Shown: positions 45,970-56,058, numbered from the stretch's first letter. The stretch: DNA of 64,000 bases from Promethearchaeota archaeon (GCA_011364925.1 RDOA01000016.1:1-64000), one strand, 5' to 3'. Program-made: numbers and translations. Notes: generated by a model not told the origin, from the sequence alone.

Positions 45970-47130
45970 ATGAGTCTTTTAAATGTTCTAATTGAAATTA
46001 ACTTAAAACTTAAGCAATATAAGGCACAGTTTACATTTTTGATATTATTTTGGTTCGTAGGATTCTTAGTTTTCGTAATTATCGAACCTAATCATTCTTT
46101 CGTAGAATATATATTGTTTTCGTTAACTATAAGACTTCCTGAAAAAGTAGGAGATTTTACTAATTTTTACGCGTTAATCTGGCCAATATTATTAGAAGTA
46201 ATCGTCATTGGTTTTCTTATGGGTGAGCTATTAGAGAAATACAACCCATTAATAACCAGTAGAATTCTTGCTAAACACAAGCGAAATCATACTGTAATTA
46301 TAGGATTTGAACACATAACAGAACGAATTATCGAACATTGTATTATGAATAAAGAACCCTTTTGCGTCCTCGAAGATAATCAAGAATTAGTAGAAGATTT
46401 AATCAATGGAGGTCATGCAGTGGTTGTCGGAGATCCTACAGAACCGATTAATCTAGATTTTACGAGCGTGAAGAGAGCAAAAGAAGTCTTTATTGGCGTC
46501 AATGATGCGAGAATTGCAATTATATGTTCAGAAAAAATTCGCAATGTGAACCAAGATTGTCCTATTTATGTTCGCGCATTTGAGGATCACCTCCAAAGCT
46601 ATCTCCAACAACCTCCACTTAATGCAAAAGCATTTTCCACCTCAAAATGGGCAATGGACGATATAAAAAAATGGACTCATGGTAAGAAAGGAATCGCCAT
46701 CGTAATCGGGAGAGATAGCTTAACCCATCGTATTGCATATACTTTATCTTTACAACCAGAACGGGAAATATATCTGTTTGATGACGAACATGATGGCATT
46801 GAGTTTCCAGAAAATGAACAATTACATATAATAAAAGAATACACGCGTTTCTTAAGTGATTTACGTGATCATCTAAAGTTAGAGGAAGTTACCCAAGCTT
46901 TCATTTGTTGGAAACGAGATTCGGAATTTACCGAATCACTTTATCTTGCTTCAAAATTATTCTTACGTTATCCTCGAATAGAGATATTTGTTCGAATTTT
47001 TGACGAAGAACTTATTGATTTAGTTAAAAATTACAACGCTAAAACTTTTTCAACTTCCTCTAAAGCGTTTAAAATGCTTCAAAATCTTGTTCCACCCGAT
47101 TCGGCTATTTACCCTAAAATTAAGGAGTGA
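45970..47130 (+). CDS. 2-TM protein with two TrkA_N/RCK domains (K+ channel-like architecture, no GYG filter)
   Basis: Two TM helices; NHTVIIG...VVVGDPT and a second AIVIG...IFVRIF domain. Confidence 0.72.
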   Translation: MSLLNVLIEINLKLKQYKAQFTFLILFWFVGFLVFVIIEPNHSFVEYILFSLTIRLPEKVGDFTNFYALIWPILLEVIVIGFLMGELLEKYNPLITSRILAKHKRNHTVIIGFEHITERIIEHCIMNKEPFCVLEDNQELVEDLINGGHAVVVGDPTEPINLDFTSVKRAKEVFIGVNDARIAIICSEKIRNVNQDCPIYVRAFEDHLQSYLQQPPLNAKAFSTSKWAMDDIKKWTHGKKGIAIVIGRDSLTHRIAYTLSLQPEREIYLFDDEHDGIEFPENEQLHIIKEYTRFLSDLRDHLKLEEVTQAFICWKRDSEFTESLYLASKLFLRYPRIEIFVRIFDEELIDLVKNYNAKTFSTSSKAFKMLQNLVPPDSAIYPKIKE

Positions 47131-47139
47131 TTGTAAAAA

Positions 47140-48072
47140 ATGGACGAAAATTCTATCATCCAAAAGTTTTATGAATCATTAGAAGCTAAGGGGTATCAAG
47201 GTAAAATCGTTTCAGCTAAATACATTCCAGAATTACAAAAAGCAATTAAATCCCTTCACGAAAAGAAATTAATCGATCCCAATTTTTACGAAGAATATAG
47301 ATATTATTTCGAATTTAAACCAAAAGCAAATTTTGAAGAGATAAAATCGCTTTTTATTATAACCGTTCCTCAACCGCAATACAAAATTATTTTCCATTGG
47401 AATAAAAAGGAAGTGCCTTTAATTATACCACCAACTTACCTTTACAGCAAGGCTGTAATTGATAGTAATTTGGAAGTGTTAGCCAAAATTTTGAACCCAT
47501 ATGGATTCAATGTAGAATTTGCTCTTGTTCCTCAAAAAACTTTGGCTGTGCGTGTTGGATTAGCTCAATATGGAAGAAATAACATAACATATGTACCTAA
47601 TATGGGTAGCTTCCATCGCCCTTCTACTTATTATTCAGACTTTCCATTTGATGAAGATAGTTGGCAAGAACTCCAAGTAATGGATTTGTGCAAAGACTGT
47701 GATGCATGTCGTCGGAATTGTCCAACCGGGGCCATTCCCACAGATCGCTTCCTTTTAAGGGTTGAAAAATGTCTAACTTTTCACAATGAGCATCCAGCAA
47801 ATGTTCCCTTTCCGGATTGGATCGATCCCGCTTGGCATAATTGTTTAGTTGGGTGTATGCGCTGTCAAAATGTATGCCCTGCAAACAAAAAAGTGCTGAA
47901 GTGGATAGAAACAGGGCCTTCCTTTAGCGAAGATGAGACCAAAATGTTAGTAAGTGGGAAAGCGATGGATGAGCTTCCCGAAGAGACTAGAAAAAAAATA
48001 GAACAACACGATTTAGAAAATTATTTATATGTTTATCCAAGGAATTTGGGCGTTATCCTAAAAAGATTTTAA
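47140..48072 (+). CDS. Epoxyqueuosine reductase (QueG)-like 4Fe-4S protein
   Basis: KTLAVRVGLAQYGRNN, CKDCDACRRNCPTGAI, KCLT, GCMRCQNVCP.N. Confidence 0.8.
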   Translation: MDENSIIQKFYESLEAKGYQGKIVSAKYIPELQKAIKSLHEKKLIDPNFYEEYRYYFEFKPKANFEEIKSLFIITVPQPQYKIIFHWNKKEVPLIIPPTYLYSKAVIDSNLEVLAKILNPYGFNVEFALVPQKTLAVRVGLAQYGRNNITYVPNMGSFHRPSTYYSDFPFDEDSWQELQVMDLCKDCDACRRNCPTGAIPTDRFLLRVEKCLTFHNEHPANVPFPDWIDPAWHNCLVGCMRCQNVCPANKKVLKWIETGPSFSEDETKMLVSGKAMDELPEETRKKIEQHDLENYLYVYPRNLGVILKRF

Positions 48073-48080
48073 AATCTAGA

Positions 48081-48515
48081 CTATTTTTTTTCTCTACTTT
48101 TTTCTTTTAAAGCTAATCCTAGTATTCCACCCGTTAATATTAAAACAAGGTCAATATATCGAAATGTGCTACTAGCGAAGTAAATATGTGTAAGAATCCC
48201 TCCCGCTATAGAAACAAAAATAGGAGAAAATGTAGCAATTATCCCAATTATTCCCACAATTAGTAGGCATAGGTATCCATATATGTTCTCTTTAAAAGCT
48301 AAAATTGCACCAAATATCCCGTGAGCGCTAATAATAATCGTTATTACTGCTTGCATATATGGTAAAGAACTGGGATATTCTGGATCCAGAAAGCCTGGAA
48401 AGCGAGCATCTAAAATTATCGATAAGCCAACCGAAAGTAATATCATCGATCCTATCAGTCCGAAAATTGCTCCAATTTTATTAATCTGATTAGTCATTAT
48501 TCCTTCATGATTCAC
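48081..48515 (-). CDS. 4-TM membrane protein (one copy of a repeated module)
   Basis: GAIFGLIGS...GIFGAILAFK...GIIGII.T..PI...IDLVLILTGGILGLAL.EK; homologous to both halves of the next gene. Confidence 0.65.
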   Translation of the reverse strand: MNHEGIMTNQINKIGAIFGLIGSMILLSVGLSIILDARFPGFLDPEYPSSLPYMQAVITIIISAHGIFGAILAFKENIYGYLCLLIVGIIGIIATFSPIFVSIAGGILTHIYFASSTFRYIDLVLILTGGILGLALKEKSREKK

Positions 48516-48651
48516 TTTATTTTTTTGATGATAAATATGGATTACAATTTATTAATATCTAAAAATGACTTTGTCAGTAATAAAGTTATTTAAGGAATCG
48601 CATAAACAGTTTCTAATTGAATCTTCTCTTATTTTCCCGAATTAAAAGCAA

Positions 48652-49488
48652 TTACTCCTTTCTCTCCACTTTTTCTGTTAAAGCAAAACCAACAACTCCG
48701 CCCACCACCATTAGAATCAAGTCTACATAATAAAATGTGCTTACTAAGTAAAATGTATGAATGTAGGGTGGCCAACCCCAGGTTGATTCACTGGAAAAGA
48801 TCGGAATAAATGTACCTACAAATCCTATTACTCCAGCGATTAATACGGATATATATCCTTTGGGGTCATCTCTTATAGCTACTAATGATCCATATATACC
48901 GAACATGCTAATTAATAGCGTAACAATCCCGATTACGAGGATCTCTTGATAAGAATTATATAAATTATAGTGGAAAAACGACATGTGGAACAAAGCAATG
49001 ATGAAAAGAATTAATGAACCAATCAATCCTAAAACTGCTCCTAAATACCAATATTTATTGATGTATTCCTTTTTCTCTTTTTTTTCTGCTAGGGCTAAGC
49101 CAAGCACTCCACCTATTACCATTAAAATTAGTTCAAAATAATAATTTGTGACAACTAAATACAAAATCTGAGGATATGAGGGAATAAACAATGGATATAC
49201 AAAAATCCCTATTGGAACCAGTGTGCCTATAACTCCTATTGTTCCAGCTCCTAATAAGTATTTATAGCCTCCAGCTTCATTCTTAAATGCTAAGACTGAT
49301 CCATACATACCAAGCGCACTAATCAATACCATAATGAACCCCCTTATATAATTAATAAATATCAGATAAAAACTAAAATAGAGACCCATAAAAGCTCCAT
49401 ATGAGATAGCCGTTAGCCCAATCATAAATTCAAAAAATGAACCAATCGTTCCTAAAATTGCTCCTAAATGCTTATAATTTACGACCAT
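48652..49488 (-). CDS. 8-TM membrane protein (two copies of the same module)
   Basis: Internal duplication, each half GA.LG.IGS...GMY/IYGS..A...LILMV.GGV.G.AL.EK. Confidence 0.7.
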   Translation of the reverse strand: MVVNYKHLGAILGTIGSFFEFMIGLTAISYGAFMGLYFSFYLIFINYIRGFIMVLISALGMYGSVLAFKNEAGGYKYLLGAGTIGVIGTLVPIGIFVYPLFIPSYPQILYLVVTNYYFELILMVIGGVLGLALAEKKEKKEYINKYWYLGAVLGLIGSLILFIIALFHMSFFHYNLYNSYQEILVIGIVTLLISMFGIYGSLVAIRDDPKGYISVLIAGVIGFVGTFIPIFSSESTWGWPPYIHTFYLVSTFYYVDLILMVVGGVVGFALTEKVERKE

Positions 49489-49512
49489 TTTTCAGATATA
49501 TTTCCCGAATTC

Positions 49513-49923
49513 TCAGAGGGAATTTTTGATTTCAAATATTGAAAAGGTCCCTATAGCTTTCGCTACAGTTTGCCCGGCGTTGATTATTTCTGAGTCCAAT
49601 GCAACAATTCTCTTGCCTTGGTGTATTACTTTTGTATTACAAATAAGGGTACCTCCTTTAACTGCTTTAAAGTAATTTATTTTAATTTCAATTGTCGCAC
49701 AAAGCTCACCCTTGCTCAAATTAGTATAAGCAGCAGCACCCATGCCCGTATCTGCCATCGAATACATCACACCTCCATGGACTACCTTGTGAGGATTTAA
49801 CAATTTATCAACGACATCTAATGTGCATTGAGAATATCCTTTTTCGATTTTTGTGAACTCTAAACCAATCAAATCACCAAAAGGATGAAAATCTTTCGTG
49901 TTCAGCGGAGTTTTTTTTGACAT
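49513..49923 (-). CDS. PaaI-family hotdog thioesterase
   Basis: LNPHKVVHGG...MADTGMG, ATIEIKINY. Confidence 0.92.
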   Translation of the reverse strand: MSKKTPLNTKDFHPFGDLIGLEFTKIEKGYSQCTLDVVDKLLNPHKVVHGGVMYSMADTGMGAAAYTNLSKGELCATIEIKINYFKAVKGGTLICNTKVIHQGKRIVALDSEIINAGQTVAKAIGTFSIFEIKNSL

Positions 49924-50014
49924 ATTAATGAATAATCAAATAATATTTATGAATTTTATAGTTAGTAATAAATCAGAACTAAGAAATTTTTTTGCCTATT
50001 TCCCAACAATAACA

Positions 50015-50059
50015 TTTAAATAGTACTATATCGTATTAGATAGTACTATATCGAACATT
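50015..50059 (+). promoter_or_regulatory. TATA box overlapped by a tandem repeat; candidate MarR operators
   Basis: ATAGTACTATATCG at 50020-50033 and 50040-50053 (20-bp period, palindromic core ATAGTACTAT); TTTAAATA at 50015-50022. Confidence 0.65.
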
Positions 50060-50086
50060 TTTCAAAAAATATAAAAAAATAACTAG

Positions 50087-50434
50087 GTGAATGTTTTGGG
50101 TAAAATATTATCATATTGTGGTATTAATTGTGCTGAGTGCCCAGCATATTTAGCTACTCAAAAAAATGACGCAGAAGAAATAAAAAAAGTTGCGAACGAA
50201 TGGTCAAGCGATGCAATGAAATTTGCACCAGAGGAATTATATTGCGATGGGTGTATTAACGATGGAAAACTTGTTAGTTGGGCTCCAAAATGCGATATCA
50301 GGATTTGTTGCAGAGAGAAAGGCTTAGAGAATTGCGCCTATTGCATTGATTACTTTTGTGACAAACTAAAAAATACTTTTGATAAATCTCCAAGCGCTAA
50401 AGAAAATTTAGAAGAAATTCGTCAAAATTTATAA
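50087..50434 (+). CDS. DUF3795-family protein
   Basis: CGINCAECP, CDGC, CDIRICC, NCAYC..Y.C. Confidence 0.85.
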   Translation: MNVLGKILSYCGINCAECPAYLATQKNDAEEIKKVANEWSSDAMKFAPEELYCDGCINDGKLVSWAPKCDIRICCREKGLENCAYCIDYFCDKLKNTFDKSPSAKENLEEIRQNL

Positions 50435-50455
50435 CTAATATTAAAGTACTCAAAT

Positions 50456-50926
50456 GTGAAAAAAATGGAAATAGAAGAGGCTAAAAAGTCAGGACTAAAA
50501 TTAATGGAAGAATCTAAAGCAGCAATTTTGACAACTATAGATGCAAATGGTTTTCCAATAACGAGAGCAATGTTTAATCTAAGAAATAAGGAGCAATTCC
50601 CAGAATTTTCGGAGTTTTTTAAGTTCCAACAAAACCGATTTACAATCTTTATTTCTACTAATACTTCTTCGAGTAAAGTTTCTCATTTAAGTAAAAATCC
50701 TAAAATGAGTGTGTATTATTGCGACCCAGAAGATTTTAAAGGCTTTATGCTTGGAGGTTCGGTAGAAATTGTCGATGACATGAAAGTAAAGAAAAAAATC
50801 TGGTTGGATTGGTGGACGCGATACTATCCAGAAGGATTAGAAGATCCGGATTATACACTCCTACGGATGGAACCAACAAACGCGAGGTTTTATTACAAAT
50901 TGAATCAGGTAAATTTTGAGTTATGA
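50456..50926 (+). CDS. Pyridoxamine 5'-phosphate oxidase-like (general stress protein 26-like) protein
   Basis: LTTIDANGFP.TRAM, STNTSSSKV, YYPEGLEDPDY. Confidence 0.85.
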   Translation: MKKMEIEEAKKSGLKLMEESKAAILTTIDANGFPITRAMFNLRNKEQFPEFSEFFKFQQNRFTIFISTNTSSSKVSHLSKNPKMSVYYCDPEDFKGFMLGGSVEIVDDMKVKKKIWLDWWTRYYPEGLEDPDYTLLRMEPTNARFYYKLNQVNFEL

Positions 50927-51375
50927 GCGAGAGAATGCAGGATCAGCGTGAAGGTGGATTTCTTATAGCAAAAATTCACCAAATCACCAATCGAATATTT
51001 AAAAAATTATTAAAAGAATATGGAATCAAGGAGTTAAATCCGGGACAAGGACGAATATTATTTGCGCTTTGGCAGAAAGATGGGGTCCCAATTCATGAGC
51101 TTTCTAGAAAAACTCAATTAACAAAATCTACACTAACAACAATGCTTGAAAGACTTGAAAGCGCAGACTTTTTAAAGCGTGAACCTGACGAGACTGATGG
51201 AAGAATTATAAATGTTATCCTTTCTGAAAAAAGTAAGGCCCTTCAAAAGAAATATATTGATGTATCTAAAAAAATGACAGAAGTCTTTTATGGAAAGCTC
51301 ACCGAAGAAGAAATAGACGAATTCGAAGGTTATCTAAGACTAATTTTAGATAACCTATTGAATGCAAATAAATAG
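50923..51375 (+). CDS. MarR-family transcriptional regulator
   Basis: QGRILFALW, KSTLTTMLERLE, DETDGR; ATGA overlap with the upstream gene. Confidence 0.92.
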   Translation: MSERMQDQREGGFLIAKIHQITNRIFKKLLKEYGIKELNPGQGRILFALWQKDGVPIHELSRKTQLTKSTLTTMLERLESADFLKREPDETDGRIINVILSEKSKALQKKYIDVSKKMTEVFYGKLTEEEIDEFEGYLRLILDNLLNANK

Positions 51376-51552
51376 AATTTTTATGTCCTTCTTATTTTAG
51401 CACTTTACTACTCCTATGAGAAGTTTACATAGATTTTTATACATTATTCCAGAAATTTTGGAGCTTATTTCCAGATTTAATAAACTTTAAAAAGATAAAT
51501 ACTATTATTGTAGGTTAAGGAAGAAAATTATGTTCTCAGAATAAGCTTAAAA

Positions 51553-52557
51553 ATGACAGAAAAAGAGAATAAAAAAGAACCAATTGAAAGTATATCTATC
51601 AAACATATAGCAAATCTGTCTATTGTAGATATGGTTATGCTCCAATTATTACAAAAACACGAAAAACCTGTAATTAGGCATCTCTTATACAATGAAATAT
51701 CTCAATTTCTAACTCGGGAAAGAAAAAAAGTCGCTCGTTCAGTAAAAGTTAAAACAGAAGCTGCTGGGGCTAAACAATTTTATAATTGGCTAGGAGAACC
51801 AACAAGATTTTCGAGCTCAAGTCTCTATTATAGTTTAGACCAGTTAGAATCTAAAGGACTCGTAAAGTACAATCGAGATGAGAATGAAAAAGTAATCTCA
51901 GTTGAAGCAACACAATACACAGAAATTCTTATCAATACTATTTTAAAACACGTAGTAAAATTTGGTTTGATCGATCCTGAGCAAAATAAATTTCTTCCAG
52001 GGATAATTAAAGAAGTTATTGACGATAAAATTTTCTCCACTCTAGAAAAGAAAAATTTCGGAACTCTCTTATATATTTGGTTTAGTAATCTTATTAATGT
52101 GAAATGCATGAATCTATTTTCTTCTTTGTCGGATAATCTATTTGTTTTATCGAGTCGATCGGCTTTTGAAAGCGTGCAAAAGCTAGATATCGAAAATGTT
52201 CAATACACCTCAATTTTCAATAGCACAATTAGAGAATCAGACAGATTTTTTGATGCTGTAATTTTACCTTACCACTTTAAAAACACAAATTTTGAAAAGG
52301 TATCAAAGGCAGCAATCTTAAAAGAAGCTTTTAGAGTTGTTAAAGACAACGGAGTTGTAATAATTCATAGTTATACAGAGATACCTAAAATTGACCATGC
52401 CATCTTTAACATCTTTATTAAATGGGTAGAAAATATCTACGAAGAATTAGAATTCTATACAGAAGAAATATTTAAAAAAGAGTTACTTATAGCAGGTGCT
52501 AAAGATACTGAAGTTTTTGTTTACAAAGGCCATTTGTTTGGAATAGGTAGAAAATAA
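51553..52557 (+). CDS. PadR-like winged-HTH fused to a degenerate class I SAM-methyltransferase-like domain
   Basis: SSSLYYSLDQLESKGLV wHTH; FFDAVIL...ILKEAFRVVKDNGVVII; no GxG SAM loop. Confidence 0.6.
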   Translation: MTEKENKKEPIESISIKHIANLSIVDMVMLQLLQKHEKPVIRHLLYNEISQFLTRERKKVARSVKVKTEAAGAKQFYNWLGEPTRFSSSSLYYSLDQLESKGLVKYNRDENEKVISVEATQYTEILINTILKHVVKFGLIDPEQNKFLPGIIKEVIDDKIFSTLEKKNFGTLLYIWFSNLINVKCMNLFSSLSDNLFVLSSRSAFESVQKLDIENVQYTSIFNSTIRESDRFFDAVILPYHFKNTNFEKVSKAAILKEAFRVVKDNGVVIIHSYTEIPKIDHAIFNIFIKWVENIYEELEFYTEEIFKKELLIAGAKDTEVFVYKGHLFGIGRK

Positions 52558-52782
52558 ATATTAAACTGCTTCTTCATTACCAGCAAATCCATCTCAATAC
52601 TAAGCACTTTAAGTTTTTTCTTTTCAATTTTTATAATTCCCAGATTTGGAAATGGGATATTTATTTCTTGTAATTAGTATGTTACAGAAATAAATAAATC
52701 TTTATATAATTGAAAAACATAATATTTTATAATAAAAATTTTTAACAAAAAGTCATAATAAAAAATTTAGTGGAAAGTTAAA

Positions 52783-53589
52783 ATGAGCGGAAGAAATGTA
52801 TTAGGATGTATTCTCTCTTTAGTAGGTGGCTTAATGGGCTTATTGCTTACACCATACTTTTTTATGCTACAATATACTGATCTAATAGCGGCGGAAGCTT
52901 CTTTAGGAGGCTCGGGATTAGGGTGTGCGTTAGTCGTTCAATTCATCTTTCCTTTCATATCTGATCTTGGTATGATAGCTGGAGCGATGTATATCGTAGC
53001 AGCGATTTCCTTTGTTTCAAAGAACGACAAATACGCTTTTAAAATTGCTGTTGTAGCTAACGTTTTAGCTTTACAAGCAGCTTTCTGGCCTATTATTCCC
53101 TTACTTGTTACCCAAATGATACCGACCTTCGCGATAATGTTTTTAAGTAATCTCGTAATTTTCTTTCTTTTGCTGTTAAGCGTAGGAAGAATTTCTGGGA
53201 AAACCACTCTAATGGCTTTACTTACTGGGATGGCTTGGGTGCTAGCATTTATGAACGGGGTCGCTTCAACAAATCGTATCACTGTTCTCATGGGATCAAA
53301 TCCACTTTGGGTACTTTATACAACAATGCAGCGCGTAAATTGGGTTGCGAGTCTTGGTTGGGGGGTAACAACTGTCTTAATCATTCTTGAACCAAAGGAG
53401 TTGGTTCGAAAACTCGGTTTAGGTTCTGCGATTCTCGCAATAGTAGCAGGGTATCCGTCTGGGATGATCTCTCCTTTCGGAGGAGGGTTCTCTATGTTTT
53501 TATTGGGTCCGATGCTATCTACATTATTACTGCTATTATTTATATCACCTAAGCTATGGGAGAAGCTTGTAATATCTCGAAAGGAATAG
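52783..53589 (+). CDS. Polytopic membrane protein of unknown function
   Basis: About 8 hydrophobic segments in 268 aa. Confidence 0.65.
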   Translation: MSGRNVLGCILSLVGGLMGLLLTPYFFMLQYTDLIAAEASLGGSGLGCALVVQFIFPFISDLGMIAGAMYIVAAISFVSKNDKYAFKIAVVANVLALQAAFWPIIPLLVTQMIPTFAIMFLSNLVIFFLLLLSVGRISGKTTLMALLTGMAWVLAFMNGVASTNRITVLMGSNPLWVLYTTMQRVNWVASLGWGVTTVLIILEPKELVRKLGLGSAILAIVAGYPSGMISPFGGGFSMFLLGPMLSTLLLLLFISPKLWEKLVISRKE

Positions 53590-53676
53590 ATAATTTTCTT
53601 TTATTTTTTTTCTTAACTTTTTATTCTATTAAGAATCTTAATATAGAATATGTGCTGATATACAAATCTTACATTT

Positions 53677-54714
53677 TTAATCTAATTTTTGCGAGATAAT
53701 ATCCCAAACTTCATTTACTTCCAATTGTTTAAAAGGTTTTTTTTGGAACTGAACTTTACAAAGCTCGTAAATTGTATCATTATAGGGGGAGGAAATTCCT
53801 AGTTTTTTTGCGAGTTTGACAACATATCCGTTTAAGTGTTCAAGTTCAGATTGCGCTTTCTGGCGTATGATGATATCCTGAGCCATACTATTTGGACCTC
53901 CAGCTTTGACCTGATTTAGGATCATTGTTCCAGAATCTTCGTCTGAACCAAGAGCCATGGCTTTTATTACGCTCCAAGGAACCAATCCTGGTAATCTATG
54001 TTCTTTAAAACCTGCGTGTTCGAAAATTTTAATACCTTCTTCTAAAGTTTTAAAGTAAATTTTCCCAAATCTTGATAATGATTCGTCAGTGATATCTGTC
54101 TGGTTCATTAATGTTATAATTGAGTTTGAAAGGTTGAATAACAATTTTGTATGGATTGCGTCCTGAATGTTTTCGGAGATTCTAATTTTAAGACTTCTGC
54201 TAAACCACTCTTTTATGTTTTTCATCTCGATTTGAAGTGTATTATCTAAAGTACCACACATAATATATCCTTTAACAGTGTGGCCAAATACGCCGGGTTC
54301 ATCTCTCCAGGCAGAAATCATGATTACTCCGTATATAATCTTGGAGAAATATTTAGGCAAAATGACTTGGTTCTCAACCCCATTTTGTAAAGCAAAAATT
54401 AACGGTTTATCTCCTAGCTTCGTACGAATATCTTTCGCTACTTCTTCAAGGTCGTAGTTTTTAACGGTTATAATAACTAACTTAGCATTTGGTCTTTCAC
54501 TTAAATCTTCAATAACATTCACTTTAACGACCTCTTTATTGTCAAGCGAACTTTGATACAGAATTAATCCCCTAGATTTAATAGCTTGAGCATTCTGTCC
54601 TCGTGCTAATAAATACACATTTTTATAGGACGGAGTTAACCAGCCACAAATTGAAGCACCAATTGCACCAGCACCATAGACAACTATATCGGGGGAAGTA
54701 ATTTGATTTTCCAT
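53677..54714 (-). CDS. Ketopantoate reductase (PanE/ApbA) family protein
   Basis: YGAGAIG, ITVK, LQNG, KLLFN, SMAQD, SELEHLNG. Confidence 0.85.
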   Translation of the reverse strand: MENQITSPDIVVYGAGAIGASICGWLTPSYKNVYLLARGQNAQAIKSRGLILYQSSLDNKEVVKVNVIEDLSERPNAKLVIITVKNYDLEEVAKDIRTKLGDKPLIFALQNGVENQVILPKYFSKIIYGVIMISAWRDEPGVFGHTVKGYIMCGTLDNTLQIEMKNIKEWFSRSLKIRISENIQDAIHTKLLFNLSNSIITLMNQTDITDESLSRFGKIYFKTLEEGIKIFEHAGFKEHRLPGLVPWSVIKAMALGSDEDSGTMILNQVKAGGPNSMAQDIIIRQKAQSELEHLNGYVVKLAKKLGISSPYNDTIYELCKVQFQKKPFKQLEVNEVWDIISQKLD

Positions 54715-55073
54715 TGAATTATAAACCTCGTTCTTTTACCATCCTTACTTGATAATTAAGAATTAGGTTATATATCTAATTTATGATAAGATTAAGAATA
54801 TCTGATTTAATAATTAAATTCAATACGAAATCGGCTAGAAAAAACTGGAAATGTTATACGATTTTCGGTCATAATAATTACAGTCCCGTGAAAAAAGGGA
54901 AAAAATATGTGATCTAAGCCCAATTTCAGATAATTTTATAAACTGTAAAACCATTGAATGGATAAGAAAGTATAGTATATTTATTATTAGACTTTCTTAG
55001 GTTTTTGGTATAAGAATATTGCAAAGAAGATTCTTTACAACTTGTCGTATTAATTAGGTAGAGTAATAAGCTT

Positions 55074-55625
55074 ATGGAGAAACTTAATTTAGCTTTCAAA
55101 ATGTGTGTATTTGGAGATTCAGGCGTAGGTAAATCCACAATGATTAAACGCTTTATTACTCAAAAATTTGAACACGATTTAAAGTCTACTATTGGTGCAG
55201 ATATTCTAATGAAGTTTATTGAAACGGAATCCGCCCGTATAACACTCCAAATATGGGATTTTGCAGGCGAATCTCGGTTTAGCTCTCTTTTACCTAGTTA
55301 CGCACAAGGTTCATCAGCGGCGATCTTTATGTGCGATATTACTAATGGTGATAGTATTAAGAATATAGATAATTGGCTTTTAACTTTTAATGAAGGTCTC
55401 AATAACCAAGACCCAAATTTTCCATTATTGGTGGTTGGCGGGAAGTTGGACCTTAACGATCAAAGATCTATCACTAGCCAAGATATTGGAGCTTATCTAA
55501 CAGTGCGGAAAACATTTGATTATCTTGAATGTTCTTCTAAAACTGGAGAGAATGTTGATGATTTATTCCAATTTTTAATTAATAGAATGCTAGAATACGC
55601 AAATATTCAATTAATAACAAGGTAA
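55074..55625 (+). CDS. Rab-like small GTPase
   Basis: GDSGVGKS, STIGAD, WDFAGE, G4 variant GGKLD, ECSSKTG. Confidence 0.9.
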   Translation: MEKLNLAFKMCVFGDSGVGKSTMIKRFITQKFEHDLKSTIGADILMKFIETESARITLQIWDFAGESRFSSLLPSYAQGSSAAIFMCDITNGDSIKNIDNWLLTFNEGLNNQDPNFPLLVVGGKLDLNDQRSITSQDIGAYLTVRKTFDYLECSSKTGENVDDLFQFLINRMLEYANIQLITR

Positions 55626-55644
55626 AATTTGAAGCATAAAGGAA

Positions 55645-56058
55645 CTAAAACTCGAACCTACATTTGGTGCAAACTCTCTTTTTCTTGTAAATCCTTCTCG
55701 GCGTGTAACTGATTACTTGAGTTCGATCATCGACTTCTTTTATGGCAAAACCCATAGCTCCGCAATTTGGACACTTTCTTTTGTTTTGTCTTAAACTGGT
55801 GTCGACAGGAGTAATAGTAGGGATAGGTTCTCGTGATACCTTTCTAGGTTCTACTTGAGGGCTCTTATATTGAATCGGCTTTGACTGTTGCTCCAATTTC
55901 CTAATTTGAGCTTTTAATTGAAGATTTTCGTCCTGCAATTGACTTATCCGCAGCTCACTTTTTTCCAGAAGTGAGAATAATTCTGAAATTTTGATTTCTA
56001 ATTGTCGAAGATGCTGTTCGTCTTCAGGCGATAAATCATTGATATCATTATGCATCAT
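55645..56058 (-). CDS. Coiled-coil plus zinc-ribbon protein
   Basis: Heptad-rich N-half; CPNCG...CTKC. Confidence 0.65.
   Translation of the reverse strand: MMHNDINDLSPEDEQHLRQLEIKISELFSLLEKSELRISQLQDENLQLKAQIRKLEQQSKPIQYKSPQVEPRKVSREPIPTITPVDTSLRQNKRKCPNCGAMGFAIKEVDDRTQVISYTPRRIYKKKRVCTKCRFEF

Noticed and set aside
47140-48072. Reductive dehalogenase call
   Set aside because: No Tat signal or RdhB anchor; length and motifs fit the QueG-like family better. True queG function is also unproven, so no symbol is given.
51447-52651. TTCCAGA...TGGA-like motifs upstream of 51553 and 52783
   Set aside because: Spacing differs between copies and there is no consistent consensus.
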